Shown piece after piece: positions 44,033 through 54,586 of a stretch of 64,000 bases of DNA. The translations under genes were made by a program, and so were the position numbers. Location: NCBI GenBank assembly GCA_963796285.1, contig CAWCKW010000012.1, positions 1,088,001-1,152,000 on the forward strand, in the 5' to 3' direction. The stretch's first letter is position 1; each line of letters begins with the position of its first letter. The DNA is from Nitrospirota bacterium (lineage in GTDB: Bacteria > Nitrospirota > UBA9217). Below the pieces are notes generated by a model, which was not told the origin of the DNA, ran no database searches, and saw nothing but the letters and a program-made list of their open reading frames with translations.

Positions 44033-45176
44033 ATGACAAGTCTGACTGTTTTCATCGGGGTGGTTCTCATCTGCATCGTGTTGTGGGATGCCTTCGAGAC
44101 CGTGGTGTTTCCGCGCCGTGTGACGCGCCGGGTGCGGCTTGTTCGACTCTTTTACCGGCTCACCTGGCCGCTCTGGTCAAGAACGGTCCGCGCGCTTGCT
44201 TCAAGTAAACGCCAGGAAAATTACCTGAGTTACTTCGGCCCGCTTTCATTTATCATTTTGCTCAGCATGTGGGCAGGCCTCCTGATCATCGGCTTCGCCC
44301 TCCTGTACTGGGCGCCGGGCAATGCCATCAAAACGCCGGAAGGGACTGCGGGCTTCAGTTCCTGTGTCTACTTCAGCGGCACCACGTTCTTCACCCTTGG
44401 CCTGGGAGACGTAGTTCCCCATGCATGGCTCGCACGAGTGCTGAGCGTGTTCGAAGCGGGAATGGGGTTCGGCTTTCTCGCGATCGTCATCAGTTACCTC
44501 CCGGCCCTCAATCAGTCATTTTCCCGGCGTGAAGTGAATATTTCGCTCCTGGATGCCCGTGCAGGCTCTCCGCCCACAGCCGCGGAAATACTCCGGCGGC
44601 ATATCGGCGACCACGACGTAGAGGCGCTCCAAAAGCTCCTGAACGAGTGGGAACACTGGGCAGCAGAGCTGCTCGAAAGTCATCTGTCCTATCCCGTGCT
44701 CGTCTATTTCCGGTCCCAGCACGACAACCAGTCCTGGCTTGCGGCGCTCACCTCCATCCTCGATACCAGTGCGTTTGCCATAGCAAGCCTCGAGGGTGCC
44801 TGCGCGAGCCAGGCCAAGCTGACCTTCGCCATGGCCCGGCATGCCGTCGTGGACCTCGCCCTCGTTCTGCACGCGCCTCCCCGGGACCCGGTAAGCGATC
44901 GCCTCGACGAAGCAACGCTCGTGGCGCTGCGAACGTTCCTGGCTGCGGAAGGCAAGCGCATCAAGGATGATCCAGAAGCTGAACAGAAGTTGAAGGAATT
45001 ACGGCTTATGTATGAACCCTACGTTTATGCCCTGTCCGAACGCCTGCGTCTGGCGATACCTCCCTGGATTATAGAAACAAGTAACGGCGGACAACTGGCA
45101 GGTAAGCGCCTGGGGACAGAGCACAGGGTTCGGGAAAACAGCCAGGCCAAAACATCGGGATGACGGGCATTTCTGA
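44033..45176 (+). CDS. potassium channel family protein (ion transport 2), probable +1 frameshift near 45083
   Basis: YFSGTTFFTLGLGD pore motif; the alternate frame after 45083 gives ADNWQVSAWG...HF-stop. Confidence 0.85.
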
Positions 45177-45192
45177 TGAGGTCTTCATACCG

Positions 45193-45720
45193 CTAGCCGA
45201 CTTTGCCGGGATGTTCGCGCCGAACCATCTGAATCACCTGGTCCAGTTTCTGCAAAAAGCTTGACCTGTCGCGTTTGGAGAAGGGTGCCGGCCCCCCGGT
45301 GATCTCGCCGTTCCCACGCAGTTCTGCAAGCAGGTTACGGGTTGCGACAGCATCTCCGATGTTTTCCTCGGTGAAGGCCTTCCCCGTTGGGCCGATTGCG
45401 TAGGCACCAGCCTTGATGCATCGGCTCGCGAGAAGGACATCAGCCGTGATCACGATGTCGTGGGGAGTGACATTGGCAACAATCCAGTTGTCGGCCTCAT
45501 CTACCCCATCGCCGACAACGTGAAGTACAATTCCATCCTCTGTGGGCACGCGCATCCAGGAGTTGGCCACCAGGGTGACACCTATATGATACCTGGCTGC
45601 AACCCGGTAGACCTCCTGCTTCACCGGGCATGCGTCAGCATCTACGAAAACATTCAGCAATCGATATCCTTGTTTGACAAACTCAAAGGGATCCAGTGAG
45701 GTTGTCTCTAGCCGATCCAT
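45193..45720 (-). CDS. YaiI/YqxD family protein
   Basis: VDADACPVK, AD.WI, DIVITAD and GGPAPF motifs. Confidence 0.9.
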   Translation of the reverse strand: MDRLETTSLDPFEFVKQGYRLLNVFVDADACPVKQEVYRVAARYHIGVTLVANSWMRVPTEDGIVLHVVGDGVDEADNWIVANVTPHDIVITADVLLASRCIKAGAYAIGPTGKAFTEENIGDAVATRNLLAELRGNGEITGGPAPFSKRDRSSFLQKLDQVIQMVRREHPGKVG

Positions 45721-45737
45721 CGTTCAATTGTTTTGAT

Positions 45738-46607
45738 CTAGTCAAGCGCCCCATGTTCTTTTGCAGTCTTGATCCAGTGTTCGGCCAGTTCAGCAGGATT
45801 TGCGCCCAGACCACGGCCAAGGTGCAGCGCCAGTCCCATCAATAACCCCGATGCTTTGCGGAAATCGGTGACATTGTCCAGTGTGCCAAATGATTCTTGA
45901 GCTTTCAAGAAGAGCAGATCGTGATGCCGGCGAGAAAAAGCTATGGGATCATGTAAGCCATCCGCTAACTCAGGGATCATCAGCAGGTCTATCCACTCGG
46001 TACCAAGCCGGTCATGCAATTGTTCGGGCTCTTCTCTACCCATCTCTCGCCAGAGACCCAATGTCTGCCGGTCACCCGATTCGGCCAAACCACTTTCCAG
46101 CAGAAGGGCGAAAGCGCTATCAGCTAAATTTTGCATCAGTTCGAGATACTCATCCTGAGCAACTTCGAAGCGCTTCGCGGCCTGTCCTTCAATGTAGGCG
46201 GCGACACTCAATTGAGGCAGATCTAAAACTTCCGGACACCCTTCCATACAGGGGAAATCACTCCCTTGGTACAGGTAGTACAGTTCCTCGCCCTGCCTTT
46301 GGCGGCCAAGAGGATATAACCGGCAGGCCAATGGGCGCCCCACATGCACGCTGCATCCAAAATCAGGTACATACTGGCTGCACGCCGGCTGCTGTCTCCA
46401 GCCGGGCGCACCATCAAAACGCAAATGGATGCCGCCAAAATCGCAGTAACGATCACGAAACGCCCTCGGGGTCAGTCCTTTTGCTTCGGCCAGACACGCC
46501 AGTTCCCACGGGTTCAGCCTGACAGTTTTGCCATGACAGCAGGTGCCTGAACGTGAACAGGTAAGTGGCAGATTATCAGTAAGGGTGAGTATGGTCGTGA
46601 CCGACAT
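45738..46607 (-). CDS. YkgJ family Cys-cluster protein
   Basis: C...G.CCH, CSVH..RPLACRLYP and EGCP motifs. Confidence 0.88.
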   Translation of the reverse strand: MSVTTILTLTDNLPLTCSRSGTCCHGKTVRLNPWELACLAEAKGLTPRAFRDRYCDFGGIHLRFDGAPGWRQQPACSQYVPDFGCSVHVGRPLACRLYPLGRQRQGEELYYLYQGSDFPCMEGCPEVLDLPQLSVAAYIEGQAAKRFEVAQDEYLELMQNLADSAFALLLESGLAESGDRQTLGLWREMGREEPEQLHDRLGTEWIDLLMIPELADGLHDPIAFSRRHHDLLFLKAQESFGTLDNVTDFRKASGLLMGLALHLGRGLGANPAELAEHWIKTAKEHGALD

Positions 46608-46720
46608 TGTGGGTTTTCCTTCTGCATTTCATTTGTTCAAATTCTCGCATAACACGCGAGGGAGACGCGAGTCTTTTGCGCGTCGGTCTCGATCCGCTTG
46701 AGAACACAGCGTGGAACGTT
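46593..46720. repeat. 128-bp direct repeat copy 1, containing an attC-like remnant
   Basis: Identical by eye to 48125..48252. Confidence 0.9.
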
Positions 46721-46807
46721 TAAAAGTGACTGGAGACCATCCCGGATTTCCAACATCCGCAACTCTTGGTGTCAACATCTTCGCCTCGGTTGGTAATCGG
46801 CCGGAAC

Positions 46808-47587
46808 TCAATTGCTGAGGAAGATATACTGTTTCAACAAATTGACTTTTCCAAGAGTATAGTCAAAAGGCAGCACGTGGGGAATTTGATATATCGGATT
46901 GACCCTCTTTTGGAGTTCCGCGAGCACAGGCGTCGGCAGGAGAAAATGGTTCAGGATAACCTTGGCCGGGGCTACGAATATCCTGCTGTCACGGACCTCC
47001 AAGCGGAGCGCTGCATACCCTTCAAAGCGATCGTTTACCATGAACTTTTCGACGAGCTTTCTGTCTTTCGGGGGTATCGTACTGGCCGGGACACTGAACT
47101 CCAATTCAATATACGGGGGGCTGAATTTGATCAGAAATTTGTCGTAGTGAAAGTTCCGCCTCCTCGCCGTCCTTATGAATTCATTTTTTATCGTTTGTTC
47201 CGAAACCAGCATCCTGACAGCAAAATCCGAGTAAGAAGTAATTTTAACGGTGTTTGCATTTCTTAACGCCTTGAAATCGATCTTCGGATTGGTATACTGC
47301 GCGGTGACGTAGTCGACAGGTACATCGTTTATCGGGAGCGATACGAATTTCATGAATAAGGACTTCAGGTCCCCGTTTTTGTTGTCCCCGGTGTTCGTTT
47401 TAATCTCTATTCGTTCACACTTCACCGTTTTTCTCAGTGCTTTCGCAAGCTCACCGTCAAGCGATTCCCGGGAATAGAGTGTGGACGTGCCAGATAAAAG
47501 TACGATTACAGCCGCCAAGGCCGTAATCAAACGAGTACGGACGGGATAATTGACAAATCTATTTTTGAAAAAGTGTGCCGTCTTCAA
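46808..47587 (-). CDS. exported hypothetical protein (LmeA/DUF2993-like)
   Basis: Signal-like segment; probable TTG start at 47587 after GAGG. Confidence 0.65.
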   Translation of the reverse strand: MKTAHFFKNRFVNYPVRTRLITALAAVIVLLSGTSTLYSRESLDGELAKALRKTVKCERIEIKTNTGDNKNGDLKSLFMKFVSLPINDVPVDYVTAQYTNPKIDFKALRNANTVKITSYSDFAVRMLVSEQTIKNEFIRTARRRNFHYDKFLIKFSPPYIELEFSVPASTIPPKDRKLVEKFMVNDRFEGYAALRLEVRDSRIFVAPAKVILNHFLLPTPVLAELQKRVNPIYQIPHVLPFDYTLGKVNLLKQYIFLSN

Positions 47588-47963
47588 TATAGAGGTCCTC
47601 TGCGTTATAGAGTTTGGGATTCGGCACGCTGATGCGATAGTGGCCGGCGCCGTTGGTCTCGGACAGGGTGTACACGTACGGTGTTCCGCTCGCGGGATCG
47701 TTGCCGATACGATCAAGGAACGCAGGCTGGAGTTGTTCTAATTTCCGGGGGTATTCCATATTAACGACGAAGTAGGCCTCGACGGCTTTTGAAAGGTTCT
47801 GCAAATCTGCCTGTACCTGTTCCCGGGAGGTAGCGTACGTCTGTTTCGGAGGTTCATAGTTATTGACGCCCCCTTTCCAGTAAAGGACGGCAACATAACC
47901 AAGGATAACCGCTGCAATCACGATCAGGATGGATAAAAATACGATGATTTTTTTCTTTCGCAT
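47559..47963 (-). CDS. membrane-anchored protein with pseudopilin G-like motif
   Basis: N-terminal TM; AVEAY...YP..LEQL.P...DP..G.PY.Y. Confidence 0.7.
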   Translation of the reverse strand: MRKKKIIVFLSILIVIAAVILGYVAVLYWKGGVNNYEPPKQTYATSREQVQADLQNLSKAVEAYFVVNMEYPRKLEQLQPAFLDRIGNDPASGTPYVYTLSETNGAGHYRISVPNPKLYNAEDLYIEDGTLFQK

Positions 47964-48124
47964 AGGCGGATTTCCTATCTCATGGTGTCATCCCAGCAAC
48001 CGATTCATGACCGGGACGTTGTATGTGCTGGCATCACGATATTGCGACGCAACATTCTTTGCCGGAGAATCCCATCAAATCGCCCTGACAACGTCTGCTC
48101 AGGAACAAATTTGCGGAAGCTTTA

Positions 48125-48252
48125 GGTCGTGACCGACATTGTGGGTTTTCCTTCTGCATTTCATTTGTTCAAATTCTCGCATAACACGCGAGGGAGACGC
48201 GAGTCTTTTGCGCGTCGGTCTCGATCCGCTTGAGAACACAGCGTGGAACGTT
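48125..48252. repeat. 128-bp direct repeat copy 2
   Basis: Identical by eye to 46593..46720, including the first codons (MSVTT) of the YkgJ gene. Confidence 0.9.
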
Positions 48253-48334
48253 GTGTCTGAAGTGGACTTATCTACCATCCTGGCCAAAGTTCAGCGTAAG
48301 TCCATGTAGGGCACAACGTCCCCTTTGGTCTCCT

Positions 48335-48616
48335 AGGGCCAGCATCATATCGGAAACCAAATAGAGCCCGGCGGTCACGGGCCAGGCCAGACCCTTGGTC
48401 TGGGCGAGCAATACGCCTGCCGGGATTCCGCCCCCGACAGGGATAAGGAAGAGCATCAATACGGAAAGCATGGGGGATATTAACAAAAGAGACGGACAAA
48501 GGCAAGCGGTTGGGCGGGCTTGGTATTGTGGGGTATTTAACAAAGGTTGATATATCTAATTAGATGCTTGGTAAGGACAACAGAGCGGAAAAATGTCGAC
48601 ATGCAACAAAGGAGAC
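48335..48616 (-). pseudogene. duplicated 5' fragment and upstream region of the 36277..36897 membrane gene
   Basis: High similarity to about 36700..36971; truncated after LYLVSD. Confidence 0.9.
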
Positions 48617-48735
48617 CTGACCCTACCATGCTCCCTTGGCACCCGAGAAACAAAAAGGCCGAATAATTTTCTCTCCGGCCATAATCGCTCAAGCTGCACA
48701 ACGGGTGCAACAACATCCCTAAGATGTTTCCGGGC

Positions 48736-49246
48736 TTACTCACGATGATGGTATCGTCCTAAATCCATTACTTTCGCTAATATTTGGTTAGCTATGTCAA
48801 AATTATTTTTTTGCGTCTCAAGATCGTATATCCATTTAATGCCATGAAAAAGATTATTTCTGTACCTATAAATAATGATGAGAAGCGCACGAACAATATG
48901 TTCGATTTCACGATCTTCGCCATTGAGTACAGCTTTAACTAATTCTTGCTGATCATTTATTCTAAAATTGAGGCTATGAAAGTGCTCGTAAGCAGAGGGG
49001 CCCGTATTATAGCGATATGAAAAATAATTTAGATAAACGGAGAAATAGCTGCAGGTTAAGCGTTCCTTGCGTCGATAAACTTTGCGTTATTTGTGTAAGT
49101 TTTTTGGGAGAAGCTTTTTGTCCGCAAGCTGTTCTTTCAAATAAGTTCCACATTAATGAAAAATGAAGAACAGGTTGAATATCTGCCACCTTGAGTTCTC
49201 TGCTAGCGGAACCAGATTGATTTAACCATCCAATAGCGTCAAACAT
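48736..49246 (-). pseudogene. HEPN-domain (Apea-like) protein split by a +1 frameshift
   Basis: FSLMWNLFE N-terminus; the second frame gives IIYRYRNNLFHGIK...stop 48736; span 511 = 3n+1; low GC. Confidence 0.75.
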
Positions 49247-49859
49247 TGCTCACCCTTTGTCCAAAATAAGTAACTTTGGGGCCGTTGTTTCTATCCATGC
49301 TTTCACAACAACAAGTTGCGCAGAAGCAATACAGCAACCATGAGAGGACAACTTTGGGGACGTTGTTACCCAAATAAAAATTAACCCGACAAACGAATAA
49401 TATTTCACGCCTGGTAGAGAGGATAAAAGCCAAATGATGGTATTCGCTCGTCAGGTATCAACGTCCCCAATACACTATTCTCTTTTTAATTAATAATTGA
49501 CCAAAACGGTTTCAATTATTGTACCTTATGACGGATTAGCAATACGATATTGAATTACTTGGTCAGCCAATTCCTTCATAGCAGTTTCCGCTTGAGCGTG
49601 CATGCCACTAAAGGCGCCCCTGGATAAATGTCTCTTGCCAGGAAGTTCCGAAGCCTTGGCCAAAAGAAAGGACCGCGACCAATATCATCATCGGAAAAAC
49701 ATGAGCATATTTTTCAATACTTCAGCTCGCATCATATCCTCATCAGCGGTCTGCAGCGATAATATGCCCAGTCCGCGCGTGACCAGAATCGCAGTTAAAA
49801 CCCGTACGAAATCTCGATGATATTCGGGTCCCATAGGGTCACCCATTTAAAGGGCACCG

Positions 49860-50232
49860 TCAAGGGAAAAAGCTATCTTGTGGCGAGAAACGGAACGTTT
49901 CTCGTCGAGCCTTTCCGCTATCTTCATCTTCCCATTGCCGCAGTTTCATTCGGTTTCGGTGTCAGTCTCAACTGCACCAGTCACCCATCAGGATTAAGGT
50001 CAGTATGGTGAAACACTGATCCATTGACCCATTCCGTCTTCTGACGGACCAGAAAATCTTCGGTTCCAGGCCGTGTCCAAATGATTGTTCAGGTCTCATG
50101 GTTATTAACCAGCCCCAAGATGGCTCACGGCATGGGCAGTAAAGATGCTGATAACGTTATAAGGGTGGGATGGATTACCAATCAGGTCTCGTGGTTTCGC
50201 CAACCCTAAGGCAGGTTCACCATCCCAGCCAG
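49860..50232 (-). ncRNA. putative bridge/seek RNA of the IS1111 element
   Basis: Lies downstream of the transposase; loops contain matches to the target (AGACCTG, TAGGGT) and donor (ATGGGTG, ATAC); stem covariation against the copy at 18352..18648. Confidence 0.7.
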
Positions 50233-50233
50233 C

Positions 50234-51256
50234 CTATGATACAAACAGTTTCTCCGATATGAACGGCACGTGGTCTCGCATGATGTAGTATGCCGCTCTC
50301 GCCAGTTTGTGTGCAAGAGCATTGATGTGCCGTCATGAAGTTCGTTCTTTGCATCTTCCGGTTGTAATACGCCCGGGGTTCGTCGTGTAATAGCGCCGTG
50401 CGATCTCGGCTGCCTCGGAGAAGGCCCAGGCCAGATACTTATTGCCGCTTTTCTTATTCCCTTTGCCTTTTGCCTTGTCGTTGCTGATCCATTTGCTGGA
50501 GACCTTCCGGCAGTAGGAGACGATAGTTGCCTACTTTCCGAACCGACTGATCGGGCCGGTCTCCAGCATGATGGTGAGTGCCAGAGTCTTTCCCATGCCG
50601 GGATCGTCGAGGAGGCATTGTATGGTTCGCGCAATTTCACCTTTCTTCGATAACATTTTCAATGGTTTTGATCTTACGGGTCAGAAAATCGATAGATTCT
50701 TTGCTGACCTTCCCGGCCAACGCAAGATCTTCGTTCTGTTCGAAGAAGCGGCGCGACGAGATCCGTCTTCAATGCCTTCACGTCATTCGCTTTGAGCGGA
50801 ACCGTTGTTCCGGCAACGATGTTCTGCAAACTGATGATGAGCGAAGTCCTGAGCTTTACGAGATGACTTCGTTTGCGCAATAAGTCTCGGATGGGCCGAT
50901 CTTCTTTCGGATAAATGTAGCCTTCGGGTAGAATTTCGAGCCTCAGCATCTCGGCCAGCCAGAAGGCATCATGCTGATCATCGGAATACTTGAGCCCCGT
51001 GTATTGTCTTTATCTCCGAGGGTTGGCGAGATGTACCTTGTATCCTTCCGCCATCAGCGCATCCACCAGCCAGTACCAGTTGTACGTGGACTCGATGACG
51101 ATGCCAATAATTGTATCCTTGTATGGTGCAAGGCGCTGAAAGAATTTGTTCCGGATAATTGGGAAGCTTTTTCTTGAATACTCGTTTACCAGTTTCATCA
51201 ATGATCGCCAGATAACTGTTGCTTGAATGTAAATCAATTCCTGTGTACAATTGCAT
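50234..51256 (-). pseudogene. IS110 DEDD recombinase/transposase with multiple frameshifts
   Basis: GIDLHS, IESTYNWYW, HLANP, PEGYIYP...RDLLRKR, SNDK.KGKGNKKSGNKYLAWAF and AHKLARAAY distributed across frames. Confidence 0.9.
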
Positions 51257-51477
51257 AAAGCACCTCCTGGGTTTAAGATTGGTCGTCTTTTCCCATGAGC
51301 ATATCAGAGCCTAACCGTTCTGGTATGCTCTGGAGGTGCCCTTTATATGGTTATACAGGTCTATAATGATATATCGCGCGCCTCCCCTCCTTGCTCCTCT
51401 CCCTCCGCAGCTCCTCCTGCCCTAACCCGCTTTTCCTTCTATCCAACCAGCACACTCTCAAGACAAACACCTGCACA

Positions 51478-52113
51478 TCAACTCACCACTGCTATGCTCT
51501 CTATTATTTCAGTTGAATTTTTTACGATAGCGATCCGTTCGAGGATTTTTAAAGAACGTTCATGCGCATCCCGGTCCATCGAAGAAACGCAATCGGAAAC
51601 AACCACCGGGTAGAATCCCCTGTTTGAAGCATCACGCGCCGATGATTCGATCCGAGCCTCGGTTGCTATACCGGTAAAGAGCAGCGTCGTTATCCGCCTG
51701 TTTTTCATCATAAGCTCGAAATTCGTCCCGATGAAAATGCTTGCCGTTGCTTTATCCAGAAGGATGTCCCCCTTCGCAGGCTTTACAGCCTCGGGTATCT
51801 CCCGTTCTCGCGAGCCGGGCGGCATAAAATTCGGCAGTTTGTCCGGGTCCTTGACATTATAGCGCCGCATCATATTGAAAATGCCCCAGGATGACTGGAA
51901 TTCCCTCGGAAGCGGCGTTATGAGGGTATAGACAACAGGCATTTTATTTCGCATGGTCTCCACAAGACGCTTCAGATTGCCGATAAATTCCTCCTTGTTG
52001 AATATTCTGTCTACAAGGCCGTTTTGGACATCCCAGACAACGAGGCACGAGTGGCCGGGATCGGCTATTTCTTTCAGATCTTCATATATGGTGAGGCCAT
52101 TTGCATTTATCAT
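51478..52113 (-). CDS. isochorismatase/cysteine hydrolase family protein
   Basis: LVVWDVQ, K.TASIF.GT, GIATE, SARDA and VVSDC; Arg at the usual catalytic Cys position. Confidence 0.85.
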   Translation of the reverse strand: MINANGLTIYEDLKEIADPGHSCLVVWDVQNGLVDRIFNKEEFIGNLKRLVETMRNKMPVVYTLITPLPREFQSSWGIFNMMRRYNVKDPDKLPNFMPPGSREREIPEAVKPAKGDILLDKATASIFIGTNFELMMKNRRITTLLFTGIATEARIESSARDASNRGFYPVVVSDCVSSMDRDAHERSLKILERIAIVKNSTEIIESIAVVS

Positions 52114-52218
52114 CAACGACTCCTTTCTGCAGAAAGCATCCAATGACGTTTCAAGCGGCTTAGCCTGTCATGGGAAACCCGCTACGAGCATGTCGATGAG
52201 ACATTCGATGTATCCGGC

Positions 52219-52761
52219 TTATTTCTTTTGCACATACTTATTGGAGTACTGGTTGTGCTTAACTTTGTTATAGTCCAGCTCGCTCTCAGGAACCGGCTTC
52301 TTCGTTTCGTCCGGATAGCCGATGCTCACCATGCATTCAACCTTGATGTGCTCGGGCAGTCCCAGCAGACCTTGCATATATTGCTCTGCTGACATTGTTT
52401 CCGTGTGCATACGGTTTCTGATCTGTATCCAGCAGCTGCCGAGACCCAACGAGTGAGCGGTCATCTGAACAAGGATCGCAGCAATGGAGCAGTCTTCAAC
52501 CCATACGTCGCATTTTACGCTGTCGGCACACACGACGATCCCCATGGCTGCGTCCCGCAAATGATGCGATCCGTGCTCTCGTGCTTCCGAAAGCTTGACC
52601 AGGAGCTCTTGATCATCAACAACGATAAATTCCCATGATTTGATGTTTCGCGAGGTAGGTGAGCGGAGTAATGCCTCTATAAGGATATCTCGGGTTTTGC
52701 TCTCAAGAGGCGTATGAGCATATTTACGAATACTTCTGCGTGTGCGTAAGAGATCGATCAT
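52219..52761 (-). CDS. nitroreductase family protein
   Basis: RRSIRKY, WEFIVV, AHSLGLGSCWI and IGYP motifs. Confidence 0.93.
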   Translation of the reverse strand: MIDLLRTRRSIRKYAHTPLESKTRDILIEALLRSPTSRNIKSWEFIVVDDQELLVKLSEAREHGSHHLRDAAMGIVVCADSVKCDVWVEDCSIAAILVQMTAHSLGLGSCWIQIRNRMHTETMSAEQYMQGLLGLPEHIKVECMVSIGYPDETKKPVPESELDYNKVKHNQYSNKYVQKK

Positions 52762-52943
52762 GCCATATCCCCCCATAGCGGTATGCAAGGCCGATGACGA
52801 ATGTTTTGATTATACGCGCATGCAATATGTTGTCAAGAACATCGGTGAGTATTTGAATCCGACGTAAGGCGACGAAGATGCGACGATGCGGCGACGAGAG
52901 TCGACTGGGAAACACGGGGCCGTTGACTCCTCGTCAGGCGGGT

Positions 52944-53595
52944 TTATCTTTTTGCAACAAGGCGCTGCCCCAGATCAAAGGCCTTCTGACAGTCAGCGGG
53001 AAATATTTCTTTACGTCTCAAAGCCTTCTTCTTTGGATCAAAATGCTCCATGATGACCTTTGAATAGTCAGGGAACTGGTACGTGTCATAGCGAGCACAA
53101 GGTTTCGGCCTCGCCAAAGATCATCTTTAACGATGCTTCGGTGGCGCTCATCATTGCCTGGTAGCCGATCTGCGCGCTCATTTCCTCGGGAACGTTCATC
53201 GTGTAGATCATCGCCGTCCGCAATTTACGCGGGAAGAGAGACCGGGGAGGCTGGGAATACACAAGAGGGGCAAAGAGAAGGCGTTCCATGCATGATTTCA
53301 GCTCTCCGGACATGGACCCGAAATATACCGGAGTTCCCAGCACCACTGCGTCGGCCTGGTCCTCGATCCGTTTTAAAACAGGGGTGAGCTCATCTTTCAT
53401 GGCGCATTTGCCCTTGGCGGGCGAGTCGATCATTTTACACACGAAACAACTCGTGCAGCCTTTGAAGGTGAGGTCATAGAGATGGATCAACTCGGTTTCT
53501 GCCCCTGCGGCTTGTGCCCCTTCGATTGTTTTTTTCAGCAGCGTTCCCGTGTTCCAGCTTTTTCTCGGGCTGCCGTTGATGGCGATCAGTTTCAT
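52944..53595 (-). CDS. flavodoxin-like (iron-sulfur flavoprotein) protein, +1 frameshift near 53091
   Basis: INGSPRKSWNT, GCTSCFVC...C, GTPVYF; the other frame continues YDTYQFPDYSK...FPADCQKAFDLG-stop 52944. Confidence 0.85.
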
Positions 53596-53670
53596 AGCGA
53601 AGACCCTCCAATAACATCAAGACTATTTACCACGAAGCACGCCCTGCTTGCTAGCTTTCAGAATACGATT

Positions 53671-54560
53671 CCCATGCGAAAATTTAGCCAGGCGACCGAG
53701 TCCGAGGGTTGAAGCATTTCGGATGTCTGAGCCCGCAGGATGGCAAGCCTGTGGCCAGCGGTTTAGGAGTGCGAAGTCGCGAATGCAAGCTATTTCCGAA
53801 ATGTACTGAGGACGACCGAGCATGGCGTGAAGAATTTTCGCCGGGTGCCCTTCTTTCGGTTACCTTTCTTGGGCACGCAAGAAAGGTGACAAAGCATATG
53901 CAAACCCCTGCCAGGAAGTCCACGATCCTTGTTTTTTTTCTGCACCCCAGTTCACAGGTCCGCGCAGGCATGCACTGATGTTACCAGTTATCACCCTCTT
54001 CTGCTGTCGCAGCGCTCCACCCTCGCCATGTAAACAGGGCTCGGCCGCGTCTGCCTGGTCTTGTGGGTTAATTATCTTTATCAAGCATCGCATGTATGTG
54101 CACGAACCTGTTCATGGGATGCAGGGGGTTTTGGAAAGGCAAAGGCTTTGAGTCCTTAATCTTTTGCCCCCCCATGCGAAAATTTAGGCAGGCGACGAGT
54201 CCGAGGGTGAAGCATTTCGGACCGAAATGTACTGAGGACGATTGAGCATGCCGTCAAGAATTTTCGCCGGGTGCCCTTCTTTCGGTTACCTTTCTTGGGC
54301 ACGCAAGAAAGGTGACAAGAAAATTCAAGCCCATACCTGGCAGTCCACGATCCTTGTTTTTTTTCTGCACCCCAGTTCACAGGTCCGCGCAGGCATGCAC
54401 TGATGTTACCAGTTATCACCCTCTTCAGCTGTCGCAGCGCTCCACCCTCGCCAGTGAACAATAGCTCGGCCGCGTCTGCCTGGTCTTGTGGGTTAATTAT
54501 CTTTTCCGAGCATCGCATGCTTGTGCGCGAACCTGTTCATGGGATGCAGGGGGTTTTGGA
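53671..54560 (+). repeat. composite repeat array 1 (modules X-Y-X-Y)
   Basis: X at 53671-53890 and 54166-54316; Y at 53905-54135 and 54328-54560; homologous to 60268..61309. Confidence 0.92.
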
Positions 54561-54586
54561 AATTCAAAGTCTTTAAGAACGTATGC

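Larger units (their letters stand above)
49840..51357 (-). mobile_element. IS110 family, IS1111-type insertion sequence (degenerate)
   Basis: Sub-terminal inverted repeats GGTGCCCTTTA(T/A)ATGG at 49843-49858 and 51335-51350; transposase followed by a 390-bp 3' non-coding region; TG core at both junctions. Confidence 0.9.

Noticed and set aside
49525-49835. Possible gene fragment between the HEPN gene and the IS
   Set aside because: Broken frames and no recognisable motif.
53086-53088. TGA ending the flavodoxin-like ORF as a possible Sec codon
   Set aside because: The conserved continuation (YDTYQFPDYSK) is in another frame, so this is a frameshift rather than read-through.
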